This document shows, in pieces, positions 38,184-47,039 of a DNA stretch of 64,000 bases. The number at the start of each line of letters is the position of its first letter. The first letter of the stretch is position 1. Position numbers and translations under genes: made by a program. The notes below the pieces were generated by a model that was given only the letters and a program-made list of their open reading frames with translations, ran no database searches and was not told the origin of the DNA. This DNA is from Candidatus Krumholzibacteriota bacterium. GTDB lineage: Bacteria > Krumholzibacteriota > Krumholzibacteriia > JAJRXK01. The DNA lies in assembly GCA_963806035.1 (NCBI GenBank), contig CAWDWO010000031.1, positions 1-64,000 on the forward strand, in the 5' to 3' direction.

Positions 38184-39235
38184 CGCGCGCCCGACCTCTC
38201 GATCCAGTTGGCGTCTCCGTAGGAATAAAAACGATAGTCATGGCGCAGGGCATGAGCATAGGCCTCGCGCCAGCGCTCGCCCGCGAAAGCCGCGACCAGC
38301 AGCAAGAGGCTGCTCTTGGGCAGATGGAAGTTGGTCAGGAGCACGTCCACCCAGCGAAAGCGGTGACCGGGACGAATGAAGAGAGAGGTCGTGCCTGACA
38401 CCTCTTTCTCCGGCTCCGCGGGCAGACTCTCGAGGCTGCGGCAGGCAGTGGTTCCCACCGCGACCACGCGCCCACCGCGAGCGCGACACCGCTTCACGGC
38501 CTCCACTGTTTTTCGGGGCACCAGGTAGCGCTCGGCGTGGAGGGAGCCGCGGCGCAGCTCATCTTCACTCAAGGGTAGAAAGGTGCCCGGACCCACGTGC
38601 AGCGTCACGAAAGCCCGCTGCACCCCCTTTTCGTCCAGTGCGGCGAGAAGATCCTCATCGAAGTGGAGCCCGGCGGTGGGAGCCGCCACCGATCCCGTCT
38701 CCTTCGCGAACACCGTCTGGTAGCGTTCGCTATCCGCCTCGTCATCCGCGCGTTGGATGTAGGGAGGCAGGGGGACGTGTCCGTGGCGCTGCGCATAGTC
38801 CAGCGGGGAGCGACCGTCTTCGAGCCAAACGCGTCGCATGCCGCGTTCGAGACGCTCCCCCACCACCATTTCGCCTCCCCCCTCCAGCAGGACCTCGGTT
38901 CCCGGCGCAAGACGGCGACCCGGCCGGACCAGGGCCGACCAACTTCGAACGGGCGCTGAATCGGGCGCGGGATCGGTCAAGAGGATCTCAACTCTCGCTG
39001 ACCCGCCCTTCTTCTTTCCGTAGAGTCGAGCGGGAAAGACCTTAGTATCGTTGAGCACGAGAAGGTCGGAGGGTGCGAGCAGATGCTTCAGGTCCTGGAT
39101 CGTGCCGTCCTGGAATGCTCCCTTAGCTTCCCAAACGAGAAGTTTGGCATCGTGGCGCCGCGCGAGAGGACGCTGGGCGATCTTCTCCTGGGGAAGATCG
39201 AAGTCGTAGGCAGCGAGTTCGTCAGCGGGTGGCAT
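38180..39235 (-). CDS. queA: S-adenosylmethionine:tRNA ribosyltransferase-isomerase
   Basis: YDFDLP, PLPPYI, AAPTAGLHF, TNFHLP, FYSYGD; start set at ATG 39235. Confidence 0.96.
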   Translation of the reverse strand: MPPADELAAYDFDLPQEKIAQRPLARRHDAKLLVWEAKGAFQDGTIQDLKHLLAPSDLLVLNDTKVFPARLYGKKKGGSARVEILLTDPAPDSAPVRSWSALVRPGRRLAPGTEVLLEGGGEMVVGERLERGMRRVWLEDGRSPLDYAQRHGHVPLPPYIQRADDEADSERYQTVFAKETGSVAAPTAGLHFDEDLLAALDEKGVQRAFVTLHVGPGTFLPLSEDELRRGSLHAERYLVPRKTVEAVKRCRARGGRVVAVGTTACRSLESLPAEPEKEVSGTTSLFIRPGHRFRWVDVLLTNFHLPKSSLLLLVAAFAGERWREAYAHALRHDYRFYSYGDANWIERSGAR

Positions 39236-40269
39236 CAGAAGAGATCGGGCTCTCTCTGTTGCGCCGGCACCGCAAGGCCCAGGTGCTGAAAAGCCTTGGG
39301 CGTGGCCATGCGGCCACGGGAAGTCCGGTGCACGAGGCCCTCCTGGATGAGGAAGGGCTCCACCACGTCCTCCAAGGTATCGCTCTCCTCGCCCAGGCTG
39401 ACGGCGAGAGTCGACAGGCCCACCGGGCCTCCCTGGAAGTCGCTCGTGATCACTCGCAAGTACGAGCGATCCAGATTTTCCAATCCCAGATGGTCCACCT
39501 CGAGCAATTCCAGCGCGCGTTGCACGATTCCGCGATCCACGGAACGATGCCCTTCGACCTGCGCGACGTCCCGCACGCGCCGCAGGATGCGATTCGCCAC
39601 CCGGGGCGTTCCGCGGCTCCGGCGCGCGATCTCGATGGTGCCATCCTCGCTCAGCTCCATCTCGAGCAGCTTGGCGCTGCGAGCCACGATCCGCGCGAGC
39701 TCCGCCGGAGGGTAAAACTCCAGATGCAGCACGATCCCGAAACGCGATCGCAGGGCCGGGGTCAAGAGTCCCGCGCGCGTCGTCGCGCCCACCAGAGTGA
39801 AGGGCTCCAAATCGAGCTGGTAATGGCGCGCGGCGGGACCCTTGTCGATGACCAGTTCGACGCGAAAGTCCTCCATCGCCGGATAGAGATGCTCCTCCAC
39901 CACGCGGTTCAGCCGGTGGATCTCGTCGACGAAAACACATTGCCGGCCTTCGTCACGAGTCAGAATGGAGAGAAGCTCTGCTCCATTGCTGAAGGCGGGG
40001 CCGCTCGTGACGCGCAATTGCGCGCCCAATTCCTTGGCCACGATGCCCGCCAGAGTGGTCTTGCCCAGGCCGGGAGGGCCGTGCAGAAGCAGATGGTCCA
40101 GAGCTTCCCCCCGCTCCTTTGCGGCCCGGATGAAGAGGGCGAGCTGCACCTTCAAGCGCTCTTGACCGATGAACTCCGCCAGACTCTGCGGTCTCAATGC
40201 CCGGTCTTTTTCGGCTTCACCGCCGGGCTGTGGACGCGGGTCGGTGAGTCTCTCCTTCGGCTCCATCAC
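39235..40269 (-). CDS. ruvB: Holliday junction helicase RuvB
   Basis: LRP, GPPGLGKTT, DEIHRL, SRGTPR. Confidence 0.97.
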   Translation of the reverse strand: MMEPKERLTDPRPQPGGEAEKDRALRPQSLAEFIGQERLKVQLALFIRAAKERGEALDHLLLHGPPGLGKTTLAGIVAKELGAQLRVTSGPAFSNGAELLSILTRDEGRQCVFVDEIHRLNRVVEEHLYPAMEDFRVELVIDKGPAARHYQLDLEPFTLVGATTRAGLLTPALRSRFGIVLHLEFYPPAELARIVARSAKLLEMELSEDGTIEIARRSRGTPRVANRILRRVRDVAQVEGHRSVDRGIVQRALELLEVDHLGLENLDRSYLRVITSDFQGGPVGLSTLAVSLGEESDTLEDVVEPFLIQEGLVHRTSRGRMATPKAFQHLGLAVPAQQREPDLF

Positions 40270-40288
40270 ATCTTCCTCGGCTGACTCT

Positions 40289-40882
40289 CTAAATGGCTAC
40301 TGCGCGCAGAGCGCGTCGCACGATTTCCTCCACCGGCGCATTCTCCCTCTCCTGTAGCGTCAAGCTGCCGACGGCACGCCGGGCGGCCTCCAGGCTCAGT
40401 CCCATGCCCAGAAGGGCAAGGGTCGCCTCCTCGTCCGAACTCGCCTTGCCCTGGGGCGATCCCGGGTAGTTCGCGATGGGAGAGATCTCGCGATCGCGCA
40501 ACTCGACGACGAGACGTTCGGCCGTCTTCTTGCCCACTCCCTTGATCCGGGTCAAGGGCGCCGCATCGCCCCGCCGCGCTCCGTCCAGAATGAGTTGGAA
40601 ATCCTCATCACCCAGGATGGCCAGGGCGAGCTTGGGCCCCACTCCACTGATCGAGAGGAGCGCCTTGAAGATCTCTCGCTCCGAGGGACTGAAGAAGCCG
40701 TAGAGCGTCAGGTCGTCCTCACGAACGTGGAGGTGCGTGTAGAGCTTCACCTCGTGCCCCACCGGGGGCAGCCGGCGCCGCAGACGCTCGGGGACCAAAA
40801 TTGCGTAACCCACGCCGCCGTCGGACACGACGACGGTCTCACTGGAGACATCCTCCAGGCGTCCCGCGATGAATGCGTACAT
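40289..40882 (-). CDS. ruvA: Holliday junction branch migration protein RuvA
   Basis: GGVGY, VREDDLTLYGF, SGVGPK, GVGKKTAER. Confidence 0.96.
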   Translation of the reverse strand: MYAFIAGRLEDVSSETVVVSDGGVGYAILVPERLRRRLPPVGHEVKLYTHLHVREDDLTLYGFFSPSEREIFKALLSISGVGPKLALAILGDEDFQLILDGARRGDAAPLTRIKGVGKKTAERLVVELRDREISPIANYPGSPQGKASSDEEATLALLGMGLSLEAARRAVGSLTLQERENAPVEEIVRRALRAVAI

Positions 40883-40899
40883 TGGACCTCCAGAGGAAT

Positions 40900-41424
40900 T
40901 CAAGCTCCGAGCCGGCCCGCCAAACTCCGCCTGGTCTGCAGGTTGGCCGCGTGACAGATGGCCATGGCGAGTGCGTCCGTGCTGTCGGGCTCCTTCTCGT
41001 CCACCTCGACGCCCAAAAGACGCGAGACCATGCTCGCCACCTGCGCCTTGCTCGCCCGGCCGTTCCCCGTGACGGCCTTTTTGATCTCAGCCGGCGCGTA
41101 CTCCGCGAGCTGATATCCGCGTTGCCCAACCGCCAGCAGGATGATCCCCCGTGCCTGCCCCAGGGTCAACGCCGAGGCTTGGTTCTTGGCCACGAAAACC
41201 CGCTCGATGGCGACTTCGACCGCTGACGCGCTCTCAGAGCCGCAAGATTCCTCCAGAAGCTCGCACAGACGAGCGTGCAGGAAAGCGAGACGCTGGTGCA
41301 GCGGCTTGCCAGTCGGGGCCTTCAGGGTGCCGTGAGTCAGGTGCTTCAACTTGCTGCCGTCGGATTCGATCACGGCGTAGCCCATCCGCTGGCTTCCCGG
41401 ATCGAGGCCGACGATCAAGCTCAT
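40900..41424 (-). CDS. ruvC: crossover junction endodeoxyribonuclease RuvC
   Basis: GLDPG, AIERVF, LGQARG, DSTDALA. Confidence 0.96.
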   Translation of the reverse strand: MSLIVGLDPGSQRMGYAVIESDGSKLKHLTHGTLKAPTGKPLHQRLAFLHARLCELLEESCGSESASAVEVAIERVFVAKNQASALTLGQARGIILLAVGQRGYQLAEYAPAEIKKAVTGNGRASKAQVASMVSRLLGVEVDEKEPDSTDALAMAICHAANLQTRRSLAGRLGA

Positions 41425-42179
41425 GCCAGCTCTTCTTGCAGCGCAGCCATCTCTTCCTCGGGAATGTCCAGATTCGCGCTGACCTGCTGGGTGTCGTCCA
41501 GATCGTCCAGAGCGTTGATCAGCTTCAGCAGGCGCAGCGCGTCCTCGCCGGTCACCGTGATGGTGGTGGAAGGAACGGGTGTGAGTTCGGCGGAGAGAGT
41601 CGTCAGTCCGGCCTCGGCCAGGGCCGAGTTCACCGCGTGAAACGCCTCGCGGGGACAGGTGACCTCCACCGTCCCCCCCTCTTCCTGCACGTCCTCCGCG
41701 CCCGCGTCGATCACGACCTCCATGACGCGTTCTTCGTCCGCCACCGATGCATCCAGGCTGAAGATGCCCTTGGTCTCGAAGAGATAGGCCACGCTGCCTG
41801 GGTCGGCCATCTTACCGCCGTACTTGCTGAAAGCGTGCCGTACATCGGCCGCGGTGCGATTGGTGTTGTCCGTCACGGTCGAAACCAGGATCGCCACTCC
41901 ACCGTGTCCGTAGCCCTCGTAGGTGATTTCCTCGTAGCGCGCGCCCTCGACCTCTCCGGTGCCTCTCTTGATCGCGCGCTCGATGTTGTCCTTGGGCATG
42001 TTCTGCCCGCGCGCGTTCTCGATGGCGGTGCGAAGTCTCGGATTGGTTTCGAGATCGCCGCCGCCGTCGCGCGCGGCGATGGTGATTTCCTTGCCCAGAC
42101 GCGTGAAGAGCTTGCCCCGTTTGGCGTCGGCGGCACCCTTCTTGCGCTTGATGGTGGCCCACTTGGAATGTCCTGACAC
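41421..42179 (-). CDS. yebC: YebC/PmpR family protein
   Basis: MSGHSKWATIKRKKG, YEGYG, TDNTNRT. Confidence 0.96.
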   Translation of the reverse strand: MSGHSKWATIKRKKGAADAKRGKLFTRLGKEITIAARDGGGDLETNPRLRTAIENARGQNMPKDNIERAIKRGTGEVEGARYEEITYEGYGHGGVAILVSTVTDNTNRTAADVRHAFSKYGGKMADPGSVAYLFETKGIFSLDASVADEERVMEVVIDAGAEDVQEEGGTVEVTCPREAFHAVNSALAEAGLTTLSAELTPVPSTTITVTGEDALRLLKLINALDDLDDTQQVSANLDIPEEEMAALQEELA

Positions 42180-42198
42180 CGTGTCCTCCTGCCTCGCT

Positions 42199-44277
42199 CT
42201 AGGCCTCTTCGTGTTCCTTCTTGGCGGACTCGACGATCTTGTTCATCAGCTCGCCCGGCACTTCCTCGTAACCCTGGAACTTGCGCGTGTGGGTGCCGCG
42301 ACCCTGGGTCATGCTCCTCAGGCTGGTGCTGTAGCGGTAGAGCTCGGCCAGAGGCACGTGCGCCTTGACCACCGCGAAATGGCCCTGGTTCTCGGTGCCC
42401 ATGATCCGTCCCCGCCGCGAGCTCAGATCGCCCATGACGTCGCCCATGACCTCGTCCGGACATTTCACTTCGATTTCGTAGATGGGTTCCAGCAGGACGG
42501 CCTGCGTCTTGGCGAAGCACTCGCGGAGGGCAGTGGAAGCGGCGGTCTTGAACGCGGCTTCGCTGGAATCCACCGCGTGGAAGCCTCCATCGTAGAGCGT
42601 GGCCTTCAGATCGACGACCTGGCACTTGGCCAGAGGACCTCTCTGCATGGATTCCTTGAGGCCCTTCTCCACCGCCGGGATGAACTTTCCCGGAATCGCA
42701 CCGCCCACGATCGCATTCACGAATTCGAATCCCGCCCCGCGCGGCTGCGACTCGAAACGGAGGCTCACGTCCGCGAACTGTCCGCGTCCGCCCGTCTGCT
42801 TCTTGTGTCGCGCCTGTATCTCGATCTTGCCCTTGATGGTCTCCAGATAGGGAATCTTCGGCTCGCGGCGTTCCACTTCCACCCCGGTGGCTTCCTTGAG
42901 ATTCTGCAGGATGATGTCGAAATGCAGCTCACCCTGCCCCTGCATGACCATCTCGTGGGTCTGGGGATCCATCTCGATCGAGAAGGTGGGGTCCTCCTCG
43001 CGGATCTTGTGCAGACCATTGACCATCTTGTCGTCGTCGCCCGCACCGACCGGGCTGATGGCCATGCGGCTGTTGGTCTCCGGGTAGGGAATGGGCTTGA
43101 AGAGGGCGTTGGAGCTCTTCTCGCCCAGGGTGTCACCGGCATGAGTGTCCTTCAGCTTGACTGCGGCGCCGAAATCTCCGCAACCGATGGCTTCGATCTT
43201 CTCCCGGTTCTTTCCCTCGAGTTGAAAGAGCTGCGTGAGCCGCTCGCTGTGTCCCCGGCTCAGATTGATCACTTCGTCGCCCGAGGAGATTTCGGATCCG
43301 TAGACCCGCATCAGCGCGAACTCGCCCGCTTCCTTCTCCAGAGAGATCTTGAAGACTCGGGCGGCAAGCGGAGCGCTCGGACCGATCTTGATCTTGGTCG
43401 GCTCGCCCTTCTGATCGATCGCCTCGATTTCGTTGAACGCATCCGCCGCCGGCAGATACTCCTTCACGTAGTGCAGCATCTGCTTCATCCCGCGCAGCGA
43501 ATGCGCGCTCACCGCGCACACGGGGATGAACGAGCGGTCCCTCACTCCGATGCGGATCCCCTTGACGATTTCCTCGTAGCTGAGGGTGCCCTCCTCGAGA
43601 AATTTCTCGACCAGGCCATCGTCATGTTCCGCCGCGGCATTCAGCAAGTCCTCACGGGTCGTTTCGTAGATCTCTTTCATCTCGGCGGGAATCTCAGCTT
43701 CCTTCGATTCACCCTTCTCGTCGTAGAGATAGGCCTTGCCCAGAGCGACATCGATCACGCCGCGGAAATCGTCGCCATCGCCGATGGGCAGCTGAATCGG
43801 GATCGCCTTCGAACTGAGTTGCTTGTGGATCTGCTCGAGGGCCGAGGTGAAGTTGGCGTGCTCCTTGTCCATCTTGGAGACCACGATCATGGTGGGCAGC
43901 TTCAGCTCGTCGAGCTTCTCCCAGAGGCTCTCCGTCCCCACCTCCACTCCACCGTCGGCGCGCACCAGCACGATGGCGCTCTCCACCACCGACAGGGCCG
44001 CCATCACGTCGCCGCGAAAATCCTCGAAACCGGGAGTGTCGAGGATGTTGAACTTGGTGCCTTCGTATTCGCAGGCGCCCAATGCCAGATAGATACTGGT
44101 CTTGCGCTCGATTTCGTTGGGGTGATAGTCCAGGTTACTGCTTCCCTCGTCCACGCTGCCCATCCGTCCGATGGCCTTCGTCTTGTAGAGAATAGCTTCT
44201 GCCAAAGTCGTCTTCCCGGCCGCCTGATGGGAAAGGAGGGCCAGATTGCGAATTTTCGAGGGCTCATAGGTCTTCAA
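42199..44277 (-). CDS. fusA: elongation factor G paralog (EF-G2-like)
   Basis: AGKTT, DTPG, GQGELH, KKQTGGRGQF, VDSSE, LLEPI; outside the str operon; start set at TTG 44277 after GGGAGG. Confidence 0.93.
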   Translation of the reverse strand: MKTYEPSKIRNLALLSHQAAGKTTLAEAILYKTKAIGRMGSVDEGSSNLDYHPNEIERKTSIYLALGACEYEGTKFNILDTPGFEDFRGDVMAALSVVESAIVLVRADGGVEVGTESLWEKLDELKLPTMIVVSKMDKEHANFTSALEQIHKQLSSKAIPIQLPIGDGDDFRGVIDVALGKAYLYDEKGESKEAEIPAEMKEIYETTREDLLNAAAEHDDGLVEKFLEEGTLSYEEIVKGIRIGVRDRSFIPVCAVSAHSLRGMKQMLHYVKEYLPAADAFNEIEAIDQKGEPTKIKIGPSAPLAARVFKISLEKEAGEFALMRVYGSEISSGDEVINLSRGHSERLTQLFQLEGKNREKIEAIGCGDFGAAVKLKDTHAGDTLGEKSSNALFKPIPYPETNSRMAISPVGAGDDDKMVNGLHKIREEDPTFSIEMDPQTHEMVMQGQGELHFDIILQNLKEATGVEVERREPKIPYLETIKGKIEIQARHKKQTGGRGQFADVSLRFESQPRGAGFEFVNAIVGGAIPGKFIPAVEKGLKESMQRGPLAKCQVVDLKATLYDGGFHAVDSSEAAFKTAASTALRECFAKTQAVLLEPIYEIEVKCPDEVMGDVMGDLSSRRGRIMGTENQGHFAVVKAHVPLAELYRYSTSLRSMTQGRGTHTRKFQGYEEVPGELMNKIVESAKKEHEEA

Positions 44278-44392
44278 GGCCGATGCCTCCCGACTCTTGG
44301 TCGTGGGAAAGGAAGCGTCCCCGCCGTTTCTTTCGTCGCCAAACACTGCCAAAGCGCGGTGCTCGGTGCGGGGTCGAGCGTTAGAACACGCT

Positions 44393-44422
44393 AATCTAGC
44401 GCGTTTGCCAAAAGAGTGTCAA
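44393..44422 (-). promoter_or_regulatory. putative promoter of EF-G2 gene
   Basis: TTGACA-18 bp-TAGATT. Confidence 0.6.
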
Positions 44423-44534
44423 CGTGGCGCGTGCGCGCAAGGTACAGTTTCGGTTGGGCTTTCCCTGGCGATTTCGCCACCGTATATTGGACCTGCCGCG
44501 GGCGGGGGCGATCTGCGCGCCCGGGGCTTAGGTC

Positions 44535-44564
44535 TTTACAGTCCGCCAGTCGAGAGGCTAGATT
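44535..44564 (+). promoter_or_regulatory. putative promoter of OMP gene
   Basis: TTTACA-18 bp-TAGATT. Confidence 0.45.
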
Positions 44565-44704
44565 CTTCCGGCTGCTAGCTCAGCGGGTGACGATCCACAT
44601 CGCTTTCCCTCGCGCGCCGCGGGATGGGAGGAGATAGGCCCCGCTCGTAGCTTATGCGACCTTTATTCACCCTATCCCGCCCCGCGGCTGGGCTCTTCAG
44701 GTCT

Positions 44705-45622
44705 ATGTCTCAGTTATCGCATTCGAATCGCCTTCCCTCGCGTACGCCGCTTCGCTCGATTCCCATGGCTGCTGTGCTTCTGGCGTTGTTCTCTCTGCTG
44801 CTGGCGACCAGCGCGGCGGCCCAACCCAAGAAGAAGGACGAGAACGAGCGCAAGCTGGGGCAGATCCGCCGGATCGAGCTCTCCGTCTTCGGAGGCCTGT
44901 TCGGGGGGGTGACCTATCTGAGTCTGCCTCCGATCGCCCCTCAGACCACCGACCTCGGCGCCTCGCAGATCCTGGACTTCGATGACGATCTGCTGGCCCA
45001 GCCCAAGTATCCCGGCCAGATCGATGCGGTGCAGAAGAGCGTCGACAGCGGTTACTACGGGGGTCTCAGCGCCACCTTCTATCTGACCGACGCTTTCGGC
45101 CTGGAGCTCATCGGAGCCTATGGCCAGTCCCAGGCCAAAATCACGGGCCAGTACCAGGATCCCACCGGGGTCGATACGCAGAATCCCTTCTACGACCCCT
45201 CTCAGGCCGATGGGCGCTTCGAATGGGACCGCTCGGACATGACCTGGGTGCAGGGCGGCGCCAACATGGTCTTCATCTTCGGAAAGCGGACGCTGAGACC
45301 CTATCTGCTCCTGGGTCTGGGAGGGGTGCTCAACAGCTTCCCCAACGCCAACAGCGTGGGTGCGCTCTACTTTCAGTATGGAGGCGGCCTGCGCTACGAG
45401 CTGAACGACCGCCTGGCCATCAAGATGGGCGTCTCCTCCGCCCTCTTCAGCTGGAGCCAGGACGAGATCGATCTGAACCGGGCCGTGCAGTACCCGATGG
45501 CGAGCATCGGCGTGGTCTGGAAGCACGAGGTTCCCCCGGAAGCCTACCAGGACGACGATTCCAAGACGGAGCCGGAGAATCCGCAGACCAAGAAGCCGCA
45601 AGACTCTGGAAGCAAAGGTTAG
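44705..45622 (+). CDS. outer-membrane beta-barrel protein (OmpA-TM-like)
   Basis: Signal peptide, amphipathic strands (IELSVFGG, RPYLLLGLGG, YGGGLRY); start uncertain (44705 or 44765). Confidence 0.8.
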   Translation: MSQLSHSNRLPSRTPLRSIPMAAVLLALFSLLLATSAAAQPKKKDENERKLGQIRRIELSVFGGLFGGVTYLSLPPIAPQTTDLGASQILDFDDDLLAQPKYPGQIDAVQKSVDSGYYGGLSATFYLTDAFGLELIGAYGQSQAKITGQYQDPTGVDTQNPFYDPSQADGRFEWDRSDMTWVQGGANMVFIFGKRTLRPYLLLGLGGVLNSFPNANSVGALYFQYGGGLRYELNDRLAIKMGVSSALFSWSQDEIDLNRAVQYPMASIGVVWKHEVPPEAYQDDDSKTEPENPQTKKPQDSGSKG

Positions 45623-45682
45623 AATTCCCACGCCCGGAAGCTGACGCGATCGAGCGCGCCTCGGCAAGACCCACCTACGCGA

Positions 45683-45720
45683 CAAAAGAGAAGAGGCGCC
45701 CCATACAGGGCGCCTCTTCT
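45683..45720 (-). terminator. intrinsic terminator after histone-like gene
   Basis: AGAAGAGGCGCCC/GGGCGCCTCTTCT stem with CTTTT tail on minus strand; between convergent genes. Confidence 0.85.
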
Positions 45721-45742
45721 ACACTCAGCTGAAGGACCGCGG

Positions 45743-46141
45743 CTACTTCTTCTTGCGTGCCGTGGTCTTCTTGCGACGAGCCGTCGTCTTCTTCTTACGA
45801 CCCGTGGTCTTCTTCTTGCGAGCCGTCGTCTTCTTCTTACGACCCGCGGTCTTCTTCTTGCGAGCCGTCGTCTTCTTCTTGCGGCCCGTGGTCTTCTTCT
45901 TACGAGCCGTCGTCTTCTTCTTGCGGCCCGTAGTCTTCTTCTTGCGACCCGTGGTCTTCTTCTTACGGGCGGTCGTCTTCTTCTTGCGGCCCGTGGTCTT
46001 CTTCTTACGGGCGGTCGTCTTCTTCTTGCGACCGGTGGTCTTCTTCTTACGAGCCGTCGTCTTCTTCTTGCGACCCGTGGTCTTCTTCTTACGGGCGGTA
46101 CGCTTCTTCGCCGCCGCCTCCATGATGATTCCGTCTTCCAT
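45743..46141 (-). CDS. histone H1-like basic repeat protein
   Basis: 16 RKKKTT[AG]-type heptads, GAGG RBS, own promoter and terminator; synonymous variation among repeats. Confidence 0.85.
   Translation of the reverse strand: MEDGIIMEAAAKKRTARKKKTTGRKKKTTARKKKTTGRKKKTTARKKKTTGRKKKTTARKKKTTGRKKKTTGRKKKTTARKKKTTGRKKKTTARKKKTAGRKKKTTARKKKTTGRKKKTTARRKKTTARKKK
45746..46093. repeat. 21-bp coding tandem repeat, about 16.5 copies
   Basis: Recurrent GTCTTCTTCTT(A/G)CG units every 21 bp. Confidence 0.95.
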
Positions 46142-46247
46142 TCTTTAGCCTCGCTTTTGTGTGCAGCCTTGAGGGGCGACGCCCCTCGGAACGGTTCCCG
46201 AAATGGAAATCATGAGCAACTCACGTTCCAGATCGGAAATCATCCGG

Positions 46248-46276
46248 ATTATTCGGATCACAGTTTTTCGTGTCAA
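46248..46276 (-). promoter_or_regulatory. putative promoter of histone-like gene
   Basis: TTGACA-17 bp-AATAAT with T-tract upstream. Confidence 0.55.
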
Positions 46277-46278
46277 AC

Positions 46279-46311
46279 AAAAAAAAGAGGTCTCGATGTG
46301 TTCGAGACCTC
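46279..46311 (-). terminator. intrinsic terminator after tRNA-Leu
   Basis: GAGGTCTCGA/TCGAGACCTC stem followed by a long T run. Confidence 0.9.
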
Positions 46312-46319
46312 ATGAGACC

Positions 46320-46404
46320 TGGTGCCCGGGGCGGGATTCGAACCCGCACGGCTCTCGCCACTACCCCCTCAAGATAGCGTGTCTACCAATTCCACCACCC
46401 GGGC
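46320..46404 (-). tRNA. tRNA-Leu(GAG)
   Basis: GCCCGGG acceptor stem, TGGTAGAC D arm, loop TTGAGGG, long variable arm, GGTTCGAATCC, encoded CCA. Confidence 0.97.
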
Positions 46405-46420
46405 GCGCAAGCATCATCTC

Positions 46421-46894
46421 CTACTTTCCACCATCACTGGATTGCTTCTCTTGCTTCGTAGGTGAAGCCTTTGCCGCGTTCTCATCGGAAGAACTGGGCG
46501 CACTGGATTGGGAATTCTCCACTCCCTTGGGTGATTGTTCGGTGGTCGGAATATCCGAGGGTGTAACGGGAACAGCCCCGCTCTGAGGCATCGGTGCACT
46601 CTCCACGGGAACCCTCTCCGCCGCCTGGCGACTGAGTCGGCTCTGCGTGGTGGGAGCACCTTCATTCATCGTCAAAAAGACCAGAATCACGCTGCTGATC
46701 ATGAAGGCGGCGCCCAAGTAGATCGTTGCTTTGTGCAAGATCGTGGTCACACCGCGCGCTCCGAATACGGCTTGTCCCGCGCCGCCACCGCCAAACGCGC
46801 CGGCCAAGCCGTCACCTTTGGAAGACTGCAGGAGGACGACGACGCAGAGCACGATGGAAATGAGCAGGTGAACGATGATTGCGAGTCCGTACAT
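46421..46894 (-). CDS. secG: preprotein translocase subunit SecG
   Basis: VLLQSSKGDGLAGAFGG, FGARG, two TMs; between tpiA and tRNA-Leu. Confidence 0.94.
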   Translation of the reverse strand: MYGLAIIVHLLISIVLCVVVLLQSSKGDGLAGAFGGGGAGQAVFGARGVTTILHKATIYLGAAFMISSVILVFLTMNEGAPTTQSRLSRQAAERVPVESAPMPQSGAVPVTPSDIPTTEQSPKGVENSQSSAPSSSDENAAKASPTKQEKQSSDGGK

Positions 46895-46964
46895 GGAATT
46901 GACCTTGAAATCGGGATAGCTCGAGGATTGGGCGCCACCGCGCCGTCTCCGCCAAGAGCAGGGT

Positions 46965-46993
46965 AAATTAGCACCTCGCCCTGCCCCTGTCAA
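46965..46993 (-). promoter_or_regulatory. putative secG promoter
   Basis: TTGACA-17 bp-TAATTT. Confidence 0.6.
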
Positions 46994-47039
46994 ATCAGCC
47001 GAACAGGGGGTTTGAGCGCCGTTTCGACCCCTCAGGGCC

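Noticed and set aside
45746..46093. CRISPR array
   Set aside because: Repeats are contiguous 21-mers with no spacers, vary synonymously, and no cas genes are present
45753..46148. Plus-strand VVFFLR repeat ORF
   Set aside because: Antisense mirror of the histone-like gene; promoter, RBS and terminator support the minus strand
46320..46404. tRNA-Leu as an integration site
   Set aside because: No integrase and no duplicated tRNA 3' end seen in the window
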